Source of the DNA: an uncultured Planctomycetota bacterium
Lineage (GTDB): Bacteria; Planctomycetota; Planctomycetia; Isosphaerales; Isosphaeraceae
Length of the DNA: 64,000 nt
Assembly (NCBI GenBank): GCA_963737655.1
Contig: CAVTTN010000002.1
Coordinates: forward strand, 4,800,001-4,864,000
Reading direction: 5' to 3'
The notes under the pieces were generated by a model. It saw nothing but the letters and a program-made list of their open reading frames with translations. It had not been told where the DNA came from and searched no databases. Below are positions 9,698 to 20,221 of the stretch, one piece after another (the first letter of the stretch is position 1; every line of letters begins with the position of its first letter). A program made the position numbers and the translations under genes.

Positions 9698-11951
9698 GCC
9701 TTTCGCCGTCCAGACATCCCTGGCTCTCGTTGCCACGCTCGGCGAGGGAATGCCGCCTTGCACGCTCCGCGTGCCTGCGGGGCCGAGGCGCGGGACCGAA
9801 GACGCAGGGCGTCGAAGCCGGCATCCCCTCGCCGAGCGCGGGAACGAGGAGGAAGGGCGTTGGACTCGGTGAAAAAGTCCTGCTCACCCTGCTGATCTCC
9901 GCCCTCTTCGCCCCCTCCGCCCTCGCCCAGCAAGCCCCGGACGACGCCGAGATCCGTCGCGCGATCGACAAGGGCGTGGCGTATCTCCGGGAGACCCAGG
10001 ACCCCTCGGGCCGATGGAATTTCTCGTTCAATCACGACCACGCCCTGGGCATCACCGCGCTGGCCGGGCTCGCCCTGATGGAGAACGGCGTCGATCGCGA
10101 CGACCCGGCCATCGTGAAGGCGGACAGGGTCGTCCGGTCGCTCGTGGCCCGCTCGGACCAGACCTACGACGTGACCCTGGCGATCCTGTTCCTCGCCCGG
10201 AGGATGCCCGGGAGCCGCGGCGAGGACGACGACCTGATCCGCGACCTCGGCGCCCGACTCGCCGCCGGACAGGGCAATGGGATGTGGTCGTACAACCTGC
10301 CGATGGGCTCCGGCTCGGGCTCCGGATCCGGCTCCGGCGCCGGCCGGAAGAGGCGAAACGGCGGGACGATCGGCGGCCCCGGCGACAACTCGAACACCCA
10401 GTTCGCGCTGCTGGGGATCTGGACCGCCACCCGCCACGGGTTCGCCGGCAATGACGCCCTGGCGGCGATCGACGAGCATTTCCGCTCCACCCAGAACCCC
10501 GACGGGCGATGGAGCTACGGCGCCAGCGGCCCGGGGGCCGACGCCATGACCTGCGCCGGGCTGATGGGCCTGGCCATCTCCGCCGCCCGTCCCGAGAAGG
10601 CCGAGAAGCAGACCGCCCGGGCCCGGGCGCGGCGCTCGCCGCCGACCCGGCGTTCGTCAAGGGACTGGCCGCCGTCTCGGCCGACGCCCGACGGCTCGAC
10701 GCCGGTTCGGACATCTATTACCTCTGGTCGATCGAGCGCGTTTGTGTCGCCCTGGGGCAGAAGAAGCTCGACGGCTTCGACTGGTATGCCAAAGGGGCCC
10801 GGGAGCTCCTCGGCCGCCAGCAGGCCGACGGCTCGTGGCCCCAGGGCCGATGGGGCGCCCTGCCCGACACGTGCCTCGCCCTGCTGTTCCTCCGCAAGGC
10901 GAACCTGGCGTTCGAGCTCGACCGCGTCCTGAAGCTCCCCGACCCCGACCGCCCCGCCAGGCCCGCCGGCGAGAAGGCCCCCGAGCCGCCGAAGGCCCCA
11001 AGGGGCGACGGCGGCGACGCCGAGGTGATCGTCCGAGGGACCTCCGAGCGCGAATTCCCCGAGATCGCCCTGGATTTCGAGCTCAAGGCCGCCGACGGCC
11101 AGGCGATCCTCGACGCGACGAAGGACGACTTCCGCGTGACCGAGTACGGCGAGCCCGTCGAGATCCGCAGCTTCCGCAGCCCCTTGAGCAAGGAACCCAG
11201 GCCGACGACCGTGGTCCTGGTCCTCGACCGCAGCAAGAGCATGGAGGAAGAAGACCGGATCGGCGGGCTGAAAAAGGCCGTGGGCAGCTTCCTCGCCAAT
11301 CAACCGGCCGGTTCGCGAGTGGCCGTGATCGCGTTCGGATCGGAAGTCGATCTCATCTGCAACTTCACCGACGACGCCGGCAAGGTCCAGAAGGCCGTGG
11401 ACTCGCTCACCCCCGGGGGCGCCATGCGCTATTACGACGCCGTGAGCGAGGCCGTAAAGCTCCTGGCCAGGGAACCCGGCCGCCGCGCGATCCTCGCCAT
11501 GACCGACGGCGAGGACACGTTCAGCCAGACCGCCACGCTGAAATCGGTCGTCAACGAGGCCCGCAACGAGGGGCTGCCGGTCCACACCCTGGGGCTCGGC
11601 TCCGAGGACGAGATCGCCACCGACGACCTCAAGGCCCTGGCCGACGGCACCCGGGGCCAGTTCTTCGCCGCCACCCAGGCCGAGGGCCTCCGCGCCATCT
11701 ACGAGGAGATCGCCAAGGGGCTGGGCCAGGCGTATTCCCTGACGTACCGGACCGACCGCAAGCTCCCCGACGGCACCCTCCGGCCGATCACCGTCTCCTA
11801 TCGCAAGAGTGCGAAGGTCGGGACGGCGCAGGTCTACATCCCGGGGATGGTCGTCCCGGCGGCGGGCTGGTCGCCTTTGTTCCTGATCCTGGTCGCGGGC
11901 CTGACGTTCCTGGCGATCCTCCCGGGTCGCCTGCGCCGGCGGGCCGGTTGA
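9694..11951 (+). CDS. Exported prenyltransferase/squalene-oxidase-repeat protein with vWA domain and C-terminal TM anchor; frameshift near 10625
   Basis: Signal-like ...SALAQQ; AIDKGVAYL..Q...G.W, GDNSNTQFA, QNPDGRWSY, QQADGSW repeats; vWA DRSKS...MTDG; ATGA overlap with the upstream gene. Confidence 0.8.
9726..9848. repeat. REP-like inverted doublet (CTCGTT.CCACGCTC...GGGAACGAG) inside the ORF
   Basis: 9726-9755 is nearly the reverse complement of 9819-9848; total length 123 bp. Confidence 0.8.
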
Positions 11952-11957
11952 GAATTC

Positions 11958-12267
11958 GGAGGATGAACCGCCAAGACGCCAGGATCGCCAAGGAAAGAGG
12001 AAGACGAGAGAGGAGTCTCGGAGTGAAGCGGCCGAGGCAGACTCAGGGCCTTCGGCAAGACGCAGATTACGCAGATTACGCAGATTAAATTCACGGATCT
12101 TTATTTCATTAATCTGCGTAATCTGCGTAATCTGCGTCTTGCCGAAGGCCCTTCCTGAATGGATTGTTTTGATCGAAGTGCCTACTCTTCATGATGTTTA
12201 AAAATTGGCATTCTAAACAATCTTGCTCTTTCCTTGGCGATCCTGGCGGCTTGGCGGTTCATCCTCC
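11958..12267. repeat. Nested inverted repeats: outer 42-bp pair and inner 44-bp pair containing (CGCAGATTA)x3
   Basis: Outer 11958-11999/12226-12267 (1 mismatch); inner 12045-12088/12109-12152 (perfect). Confidence 0.92.
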
Positions 12268-12315
12268 CCGGAGATTCGACGCTTGACCCCGCCGCCGATC
12301 CGTTATCCGCTGCCG

Positions 12316-13197
12316 ATGCTGCTGGCGATCCTCGTCCTCGGCCTGCTGGCGTGGAAGGGGGAGGCGTGGTCCCGGCCGTGGCGGGAGGCGATGGCGTCGG
12401 GCCTGGATCGGGCCGTTCATGGGCCGCCTCCCCCGGCCTCGACGGCCCCCCAGCGCCTCGCCGGCCCGGTGACCCGGCGGGTCCTGCTGCTGGAGCCGGG
12501 CGTGGCCGCCACCGATCGGCCCGAGGGCTCGACCGTCGAGACGATCCGGTCGCGGATGTTCGCCGACGTGTTCGACGTCTGGCCCCGATCCGGCCCGCCG
12601 ACCCATTTTCGGATCGGCAATCGCCGGGCGATCGGCTGGGTGCCCGCCTCGAAGGCGCTGGAATGGAGCTCGCGATTGACCGTGCGACCCGCCTCGGGCT
12701 CGCTGGCCCTGGCCGATTCTCCCGGAGGGGTGGCCGGGGCGGCCCAGGCGGTGGCGGCGGTGCCGATGCCGGTCCTGGAGGTCCGGGCCGACGCGGTGAA
12801 GGTCGCGGCGTGGTCGGTGGAGAGGCCGTGGTCGGAGGTGGCGGCCGTCGGCTGGCTGCCCCGGGGCGAGGTCTCCGACGAGTCGTGGGGCGTGTGGCTC
12901 AACCGCGACGAATTGCTCGCCCTGATGGGCCGGGCCCTGAATCCCGACGGCTCGGAGCCGATCGAATCGGCCTCGTGGAAGGCGATCACCGGCCGACCGA
13001 CCGACCCTCGCCCTCTTTCCAACACGGACCGCAAGGCGGTCGCCGCCTGGCTCGGGCCGATCCCGAACTCGACGGCCCGCCCGGACCCCTCGGCGCTGTC
13101 CGAGGCGCTGGCGAGGGTCAATGAGCAATGGTCTGCCGAGGCCTCGTGGGGCGGCCTGGAGTTCCGCGCGGTCCCTCTGAGCCTGTTTCCCCGGTAG
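12316..13197 (+). CDS. Hypothetical membrane-anchored protein with possible SH3-like domain
   Basis: Hydrophobic N-terminus; IGWVP...W motif; follows the vWA operon on the same strand. Start uncertain. Confidence 0.6.
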   Translation: MLLAILVLGLLAWKGEAWSRPWREAMASGLDRAVHGPPPPASTAPQRLAGPVTRRVLLLEPGVAATDRPEGSTVETIRSRMFADVFDVWPRSGPPTHFRIGNRRAIGWVPASKALEWSSRLTVRPASGSLALADSPGGVAGAAQAVAAVPMPVLEVRADAVKVAAWSVERPWSEVAAVGWLPRGEVSDESWGVWLNRDELLALMGRALNPDGSEPIESASWKAITGRPTDPRPLSNTDRKAVAAWLGPIPNSTARPDPSALSEALARVNEQWSAEASWGGLEFRAVPLSLFPR

Positions 13198-13601
13198 GAC
13201 CGACTTCGGGCCATTCCGCGTAACGGCCCGCGATCGGGGGACTTGCGACCGCCCCGGCCGGATGTGACGATCCGGCCCGACCCGGCAAGCCGCGGAAACC
13301 TTGCCGGTTGGCATGGTCGATGCAACCCTGCCGCTGGCCCGCCGAGGACTCCCGGCCGGTCGATCCGTTCGGCCGGGGACCGCCCGCGCCTCGTCTCCCT
13401 CAGGATGGCCCGCGACCGCCTCATCCCGGACGGCCCGGCCGCCCGGAACCGTCGGCACGACCCCACCGTCTCGGGGGTCTGGAGAAGGTTTGCGGTCAAG
13501 AGGGCGGGAGATTCGGGCGATCCAGAGTCTACTGATCGCCGTTGAGTCGAGTCGCCTCGATCTCCGGCCACCCGAATGGTTTTCACCCGCGGAGAGGAGT
13601 C

Positions 13602-15677
13602 ATGAAACACCGGACCCGCGCCTTGTCACTCGCCCTGATGGCGGGATGGGCGGCGAGCCTCGGGGCTGCCCCCGCCACGCCCACGTATATCGGCATCGAT
13701 GCCACGATCGCCAGGATCCAGGCCGATTGGGCGAAGCCCGGGGCCACCGCCGGCCCCAACGCCCCCGGTTGGAACGCCCTGTTCGACGCGATCCGCCAGG
13801 ACCTCGCGGCCTACGGCTCGGCCCGGACCGAAGACGAGAGGCTCGCGGCCCTGGGGCAAATCTACCGCGTCTCGGTCTCGCTCGAAGGCGCGAGCTGGCC
13901 CCCCGCGGCCGACCTCCGCGAGGAGATCCGCCACTGGCTCCGCCCCCGGGTCGCCCTGGCCTGGGCCGAGCGCCGGCTCGTCGAATCGGTCCGCGGCCTG
14001 CCCGCGACGGCCGATTCGGGCGCCCAGGGCAACCGCGACCGCTGGATGAAGTTCATCGGCGATGACCTCGGCACCGCCCTCCGCGAGTACGAGGCCGCCA
14101 CCGAGGTCCGCCAGAAACGGACCGCGCTGGGACGCGTCTACTCGAACCTCAACGCCCTCCAGAAGACCAATCGGACGAACCCGTGGGGGCCGTCGATCGA
14201 GCTCCAGACGGCCCTGAACGACCTGTTCAACGGCCCGAACCTCCAGGCCACGGCCGACTCCGCGTCGGTCTCGCCCCGGCTGGCGAACTTCGTCGTCGAG
14301 AGCGGCCCGGTCACCCGGAACGGACAGACGGCGTATGTCACCGCCGGGCCGTACCTGGGCTTCGGCCTGATGGCCAGCGACGACGGCATCATGTTCTTCA
14401 ACCGCCAGGCGCTCTCCAGCGTCACGCCGATCAACGGCTTCCAGCAGCAGGTCGGCCAGGACGCCCAGGGCAAGAAGGCGGCGAAGCTCTACCGGTTCGA
14501 CGCCACGTCGTATGACCAGTCCGTCCTCACGGTGATCGCCGTCCTGAGGCCGACCGGCCTCCAGCTCTTCCCGGAGAGCTCGCACCAGATCAGCGCGACG
14601 GTCGGCTCGGTCCCCCAGCCGGGCAAGGGGCTGGCCCGGGGGATCGCCTCGCTCGTGGGCCTGAACCAGACGAAGATCACGAGCAAGGTGTACCAGGGGG
14701 CGATCGGCCAGATCCAGTCCGGCGTCGTCGAGGGTTCGAAGGAGGAGGCCGCCGAGAAGGCCGGGCAGAAGGCCGCCCAGACCAACGCCCAGCTCGCCGG
14801 CGTGTTCGTCGGCTCGGACCGCCTGGATGTCAAGAACTTCGAGATCGACGGCCTGAAGCTCCGCTCCCGGCCCGAGTTCGTGATCGTCGACGGCAAGGTC
14901 ACGTGGAGGGGGGCCGAGGAGCAGGTCGGCGCCGAGTTCCCCAAGCCCACGAAGTTCCAGCAGGCCCAGTCGGGCATCTCGGCCGACGTCCACCTCGGCT
15001 CGGTGATGACCAACCTGGCTCGCGGCTACCTCCAGGGCGACGTGGCCCAGAGCGTCGAGAACCTGATGGTCGTGACCAAGAAAGTCCCGCCCGGGACGCC
15101 GCCGGCCCAGGGGATCGCGACCGAGCGGAACGTCGATTTCCCGACGTTCCTCAAGGCCGTCGAGGAGGCCCAGAAGGCGAATGACCCGAACGTGATGGCC
15201 CTGAGGGTGAAGCGGCCGGGCCGGTCTCCCGAGTTCTCGGTCGATCGCAACGGCTATCTCGTGGCGCTGGTCCACGACTTCCAGCTCGACGTGCCGGCGC
15301 CTCCGTCGGCGGCGAAGGGGGGGCTGTCGGGGCCTCCGGCGAAGGTCTATCGGATGACCGCGCCCGACGCCGAGTTCGCGATCTCGTTCCAGGTCACCCC
15401 GGCCACGGGCGACGTCCCCATCAAGCTCGCCGGGCGGATCGAAGGGTTCGACGCCGGCCCGGGCGCCGAGGTCCTGGCGATCAACGACGACGAATCGAAG
15501 GCCGTCCCCCTGACCGCCTTCACCCGGACGCTCGTCCTGAACGTCTTCGGCAGCCGCCTGAAGGGCCGGCCGATCGACGCCCCCCTCGGCGACCTGAACT
15601 TCCCGGGCTTCACGCTGACCTCGGTCTCGCCCGTCGATCCCACCGGCTGGATCCGCGTCGTCCTGACGCCCCAGTAA
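13602..15677 (+). CDS. Large secreted hypothetical protein
   Basis: GAGGAG RBS, signal peptide MKHRTRALSLALMAGWAASLGA, strong codon bias. Confidence 0.8.
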   Translation: MKHRTRALSLALMAGWAASLGAAPATPTYIGIDATIARIQADWAKPGATAGPNAPGWNALFDAIRQDLAAYGSARTEDERLAALGQIYRVSVSLEGASWPPAADLREEIRHWLRPRVALAWAERRLVESVRGLPATADSGAQGNRDRWMKFIGDDLGTALREYEAATEVRQKRTALGRVYSNLNALQKTNRTNPWGPSIELQTALNDLFNGPNLQATADSASVSPRLANFVVESGPVTRNGQTAYVTAGPYLGFGLMASDDGIMFFNRQALSSVTPINGFQQQVGQDAQGKKAAKLYRFDATSYDQSVLTVIAVLRPTGLQLFPESSHQISATVGSVPQPGKGLARGIASLVGLNQTKITSKVYQGAIGQIQSGVVEGSKEEAAEKAGQKAAQTNAQLAGVFVGSDRLDVKNFEIDGLKLRSRPEFVIVDGKVTWRGAEEQVGAEFPKPTKFQQAQSGISADVHLGSVMTNLARGYLQGDVAQSVENLMVVTKKVPPGTPPAQGIATERNVDFPTFLKAVEEAQKANDPNVMALRVKRPGRSPEFSVDRNGYLVALVHDFQLDVPAPPSAAKGGLSGPPAKVYRMTAPDAEFAISFQVTPATGDVPIKLAGRIEGFDAGPGAEVLAINDDESKAVPLTAFTRTLVLNVFGSRLKGRPIDAPLGDLNFPGFTLTSVSPVDPTGWIRVVLTPQ

Positions 15678-15696
15678 CGGGCAGGAAAGGCCCATC

Positions 15697-15784
15697 GGGT
15701 GGCATGCCCACGGCTTCGTGGGCATGTTTTTCCTTGGCGAACCGGAATCGAAGACATGCCCACGAAGCCGTGGGCATGCCACCC
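15697..15784. repeat. REP-like inverted doublet, family A
   Basis: gggtggcatgcccacggcttcgtgggcatg ... catgcccacgaagccgtgggcatgccaccc. Confidence 0.9.
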
Positions 15785-15849
15785 CGAAGGCGGTTGACGC
15801 CCTTCTAGAATGGGGTGCCGCGACCCCGCCACCCTTGCAGGAACCGCCC

Positions 15850-16521
15850 GTGCTGGCCATCTTCGATCACGACGGCGTGCTGGTCGATTCCCTCGCGATG
15901 CACCAGGCGGCCTGGCTGGAACTCGGCCGCCGCGAGGGCCTTCCGCTGACCAACGAATTCATCCACGAGACGTTCGGGATGACCAACCCGAGCATCTTCC
16001 GCAAGCTCCTGGGCGAGACGATCGCCGAGGCCGAGATCGCTCGACTCGGCCGGATCAAGGAGCAATGCTATTTCGATGGGGCCCGCGGCAAGATCGCGCT
16101 GATGGCCGGGGTCCGCGAGCTCCTGGACGGCCTGACCGCCGCCGGGGTCAAGCTGGCGATCGGCTCCAGCGGGGTCTTGCCGAACCTGTTGCTGACGGTC
16201 GAGGAATCCGGGCTGGTCGGCCGGTTCTCGGCGATCGCGTCGCTCGAAGACATCACCCATGGCAAGCCGGACCCCGAGGTCTTCCTCCGGGCGGCCGAGA
16301 AATCCGGCGAATCGCCGGCCGATTCGGTCGTGTTCGAGGATGCGCCGGTGGGCATCCTCGCCGCGAAGGCCGCCGGGATGAGGGCCGTGGGCGTGGGGAC
16401 GACTCACCCTCTGGAGAGCCTGACCGCCGCCGGGGCCGATGAGGTCGTGCCGGACCTCGTCGGCTATCCCGTCGGTCGGCTCGTCGAATTCCTTCGCCGG
16501 GGCGCCGTCACTTCGCGGTGA
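15850..16521 (+). CDS. HAD-superfamily phosphatase (beta-phosphoglucomutase-like)
   Basis: IFDHDGVLVDS, GKPDPEVF and VFEDAPVG motifs. Confidence 0.9.
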   Translation: MLAIFDHDGVLVDSLAMHQAAWLELGRREGLPLTNEFIHETFGMTNPSIFRKLLGETIAEAEIARLGRIKEQCYFDGARGKIALMAGVRELLDGLTAAGVKLAIGSSGVLPNLLLTVEESGLVGRFSAIASLEDITHGKPDPEVFLRAAEKSGESPADSVVFEDAPVGILAAKAAGMRAVGVGTTHPLESLTAAGADEVVPDLVGYPVGRLVEFLRRGAVTSR

Positions 16522-17868
16522 GCGCCTTGAGGGCCTCCCGGGCGTCGTCGGCGTGGCGGATCGAGAAGTGCGGGTTGATCTCCAGGGCCTTCGCCAGGGC
16601 CTCGCGGGCCTCGCGGTCCCGGCCCAGGGCCTTCAGGATCATCCCCGAGTGATAATACAGGCGGGCGTCCTTCGTCCCCAGGCGGAGGCTCTCGGCGGAG
16701 TGCCGCGCGGCCTCCTCGTCCTGACCTTTCTTGTGGAGGGCCCAGGCCAGGGTGTCGTGGCCGAAGAGGTCGGGCCTGGCGGCGAAATCCTCGATCGCCA
16801 GGACCAGCGCCTCATCCACGTCTCGGCCGGAATCGGCGAGGTACAGCGACCGTTCGCGGCGGTATTCGGCGTACTTCGCCAGGGTTTTTTCCAGCCTGTC
16901 GAACGTGGTCCGGGCGGCCTCGGCCTTGCCGGCCTTCTCCTGGAGCTGGCCGAGGGCCAGGAGCATCGGCGGCTCGGCGGCGATCCCGACGGCCTTCTCG
17001 TACTGGGCGATCGCCGGCTCCAACTTCCCGCGGGCGGCCAGGACCTTGCCGAGATTGGCGGTGGCGTCGTGATGATTGGGGAAATCCTTGAGGATGGCCC
17101 GATACCTGGCCTCCGCCTCGTCCAGCCGGCCCTGGTCAAACAGGACGTCGCCGAGCCGGACGTCGTACCACGTCGCCGCGTCGCGAGACGAGGCCGAGGC
17201 CGCTTCCTGGTCCCTGGCCGTCGAGAGCAGGCGGACGGCGGTGTCCGTCTGGCCGCGGAGCTCGGCGAACCGGGCGAGCCGGGCGAGGATCGGGGCTGAG
17301 GGGGCCTTGCCGGCGAGCTTGCGGACGATCGCCTCGGACTCGTCGTACTGGCCGAGCTCGAGGTCAGCGTCGGCCAGGACGGCCTGGGCGACCTCGTTCC
17401 TGGGGTTCTCGGCGAGGACGGCCCGGGCCACGTCGCGGCTCTCGGCGAACTTGTGGCGATCGCCCAGGACCGAGGCGAGCGAGGCGAGCGCCCGGGGATA
17501 CTTCGGCGCGAGGCGGACGGCCCTTCGGAGGCACTCCTCGGCCCTGGCGTACTCGTCCAGGTCGGCCGCCTCGACGGCCTTGCGGACGTGCCATTCGCCC
17601 AGCATGGTCAGGCTGGCGAAGTCCTTCGGGTTGGCGGCGACTCGCTTCTCGAACAGCGTGATCCCGGCGTCGGTCGAGACGCGGAACCGCGCCAGGCCGG
17701 GGGCGTCGCGGTCGTCGGCGTCGTCGGGCGGGGGGAGCTTGTCCCGGGCGTCCCGGGGGGGAGATCGGGCCCGTCCTGCGCCATCGCCGGGAGGGCGAGG
17801 GCGCAGAGCAGGCCGATCGCGGCCGCCCAGGTCCCGGACCTGGGGCGGCGTCGGGTCATTCGGCTCAT
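16508..17868 (-). CDS. Exported TPR protein downstream of the DUF4331 gene; frameshift near the G-run at 17755-17761
   Basis: Signal peptide in ORF 17608..17868 joins the TPR repeats of ORF 16508..17605. Confidence 0.75.
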
Positions 17869-17887
17869 CGTCGGCCTCCCAGGCCCC

Positions 17888-18919
17888 CTAGTTCGCGGTG
17901 CCGAGGTACGGGAAGCCGCCCCGGAACGTGGAGTCGTTCCCCACGCAGTCGGTCGTGACCCCCGCGTTCTTCAGGAGGATCGAGAACTCGGTGTCGATCA
18001 CGTCGTCGGCCAGCATCCGCCCGTTGGGGAAGCCGGACTTGCTGGAGGTGTCGAACGTGTTCATGTCGGGGAGCAAGAGCGCGACGATCTGCGACGCCTC
18101 GGCGGGCGTGTTGCCGTCGGCCAGGAGCGACGCGGTGACGATCTGCCCGAACATGGCCGGGTCGGTGCTGGGCGTGCCGGCGTTGAAGGCGTCCTTCATC
18201 GGCGCGGGGATCAACGCCGTGTTGATCGCCGGGCGTCCCATCCGGTCGAACTGCTCGCCGGCTCCGTCGAGGGTGCGGGCCCAGACGCCGATCTTCGTCG
18301 ATTTCTTGCTCGCCTGGATCGCCTTGCTCGGCACTTCCATGACGATCGCCAGCACGTTCAGGCCCTTGAAGAAGTTCGACCCGGGATTGCAGAAATCCTT
18401 CGGGTTCAGGTCCGTCTTGAACATGTTGAAGGCGTTGAGGTCGAAGAAGAACGGGTCGTCATAGATATACGCCTGGGCCTGGCCGCCGGTCGAGAGCGCC
18501 TCCGTCTTGCCGGTCTGCCCTCGGGCGATCACCTTCGTCCGCCTCCCGCTGATGGTCTGCTCGATGACCATCTTCTGCACGCCCTTGCGATTGGGCGCCG
18601 AGAACGACACGTCGAACACCATATCTTCGACCGCGTCGCCGGTGTTATCGATCAGGAACTGGTACATGCCATCGGGGCTGAACATGGCCGGCCCGTTCAT
18701 CCCGGCCAGCGGGTAGACCGTCATGATCAGGACGGTCCGATCGGCGTGGGTCGGGGACTGGAAGACGTAGACGTCGTTGATGTCCAGCTCGTGATTCGTC
18801 TTGACCTTCGGCGAATCGAGGTGGTCGGCGGCCCGGGCCGACGGGATGAAGAGGGCCGCGGCCGTCGCCGCCACGAGGACGGCGCGGGAGAGTGCGCCAA
18901 ACCCGGATCGAGTCTTCAT
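17888..18919 (-). CDS. DUF4331 family secreted protein
   Basis: AADHLDSP, DINDVYVF, DDPFFFDL, DRMGRPAIN, FPNGR..DDVID and FPYL motifs. Confidence 0.88.
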   Translation of the reverse strand: MKTRSGFGALSRAVLVAATAAALFIPSARAADHLDSPKVKTNHELDINDVYVFQSPTHADRTVLIMTVYPLAGMNGPAMFSPDGMYQFLIDNTGDAVEDMVFDVSFSAPNRKGVQKMVIEQTISGRRTKVIARGQTGKTEALSTGGQAQAYIYDDPFFFDLNAFNMFKTDLNPKDFCNPGSNFFKGLNVLAIVMEVPSKAIQASKKSTKIGVWARTLDGAGEQFDRMGRPAINTALIPAPMKDAFNAGTPSTDPAMFGQIVTASLLADGNTPAEASQIVALLLPDMNTFDTSSKSGFPNGRMLADDVIDTEFSILLKNAGVTTDCVGNDSTFRGGFPYLGTAN

Positions 18920-19087
18920 TGGGGGGTCCCCGATAGTCCTGGTCCGCGTCATCGCGATCAGTTCACGGTCGTCAAGACCGCGAGTTCGGGTAAGATAATC
19001 CGGCCGATGCTCGCAATCCAGAAGGATGTGGGGATTTCTCGAATTTCCATCATACGCAACCGTCCCCTCCCTCGGGGACGGCCCGGA

Positions 19088-20068
19088 TCATCGCCAGTTC
19101 AGGAGGGTCAGGACCGTCGAAGGGGGCAGGTTCAGCGTCTTGGCCCCTTTCCCCTGGGCGTCGGCGATGGCCAGGTCGCACCCCCGGATCGCGTCGTTCT
19201 TCCGACCGGACGAGTCCCGGGAGCGGTCGAACAGGACGACGGCCACCCTCTTGCCGTCGGGCGACCAGCACGCCTCGAACGGGCCGTCTTCCCGGCGGTC
19301 GTCGAAGAAAAGGCGGGGATTCCGGCCGTCGACGTCCACGGCCCAGAGGGCCACGGTCGTCTCGGACCCCTTGCGGAACAGGAACGCCCGCTCCGAGGCC
19401 CGCAAGTAGACGACGGCCTTGCCGTCGGGCGAGATCCGATGCCGCCAGCAGAGCGTCGGCCCCTCGGACTTGCTCACGAGGGTCCAGGTCTTGCCGTCGA
19501 TCGTCACGGCGTAGACGCCCTGGACGACCTTGGCGTCTTTCGCCTCCGGAGGGACGTCCCGGGCCGAGTTGACGAGGAGGATCTTGCCGTCGAGCGACCA
19601 GTCGATCACCTCGTCCTCGTCGCCGATCGGCAACTTCTCGCGGCCCGAGCCGTCGGCCGAGACCTTCCACGTCCCCTCCCCCTTCGCGCTGACGATCAGG
19701 CTCCTGCCGTCGGCCGCCCAGTGGAGGTGGATCACGGAGTCTCCCTTCGACTCGACCAGCTTCCTCGACGTCCCGTCGGCGAGCTCGAAGAGTCGGACCG
19801 ACGCCTCTTCGAGGTCGATCGAGGCGATCGTCCGCCCGTCGGGAGACACCCGGGCCGTCGGGCCCGCCCCCTTCAGGACGCTCGTCCAGGTCCCCTGGTC
19901 CGGGTCGATCGCCAGGACGCCCCGGATCGTCTCGCCGCCGACGATCATCTCCTCGACGTGGGCGAAGATCGTCCCGCCGGCCTTCGCCTCGTCGCCGAAT
20001 GCCGACCATGCCGAGGCGGCCAGCCCGCCGAGTCCCAGCCGCAAGACGCCTCGCCGGGTCGTGGCCAT
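19088..20068 (-). CDS. TolB-like/PD40 beta-propeller protein with probable Tat signal
   Basis: MATTRRGVL twin arginine; repeated (W/V/I)SPDG motifs. Confidence 0.8.
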   Translation of the reverse strand: MATTRRGVLRLGLGGLAASAWSAFGDEAKAGGTIFAHVEEMIVGGETIRGVLAIDPDQGTWTSVLKGAGPTARVSPDGRTIASIDLEEASVRLFELADGTSRKLVESKGDSVIHLHWAADGRSLIVSAKGEGTWKVSADGSGREKLPIGDEDEVIDWSLDGKILLVNSARDVPPEAKDAKVVQGVYAVTIDGKTWTLVSKSEGPTLCWRHRISPDGKAVVYLRASERAFLFRKGSETTVALWAVDVDGRNPRLFFDDRREDGPFEACWSPDGKRVAVVLFDRSRDSSGRKNDAIRGCDLAIADAQGKGAKTLNLPPSTVLTLLNWR

Positions 20069-20221
20069 CTCCCGCCTCCTCGATTCGGATCGCGCCATCC
20101 CGGGACATTAGACAGTTGTCCGAGCCTGAGGGTCAAGCGGATTGTGTTCGGCCTTCGGCGCGGCTAGGCTTGGGCGGGTTTTCCGGGCTTCTTGAGGGGT
20201 CGATCCGTGGCCGAGATCGGG

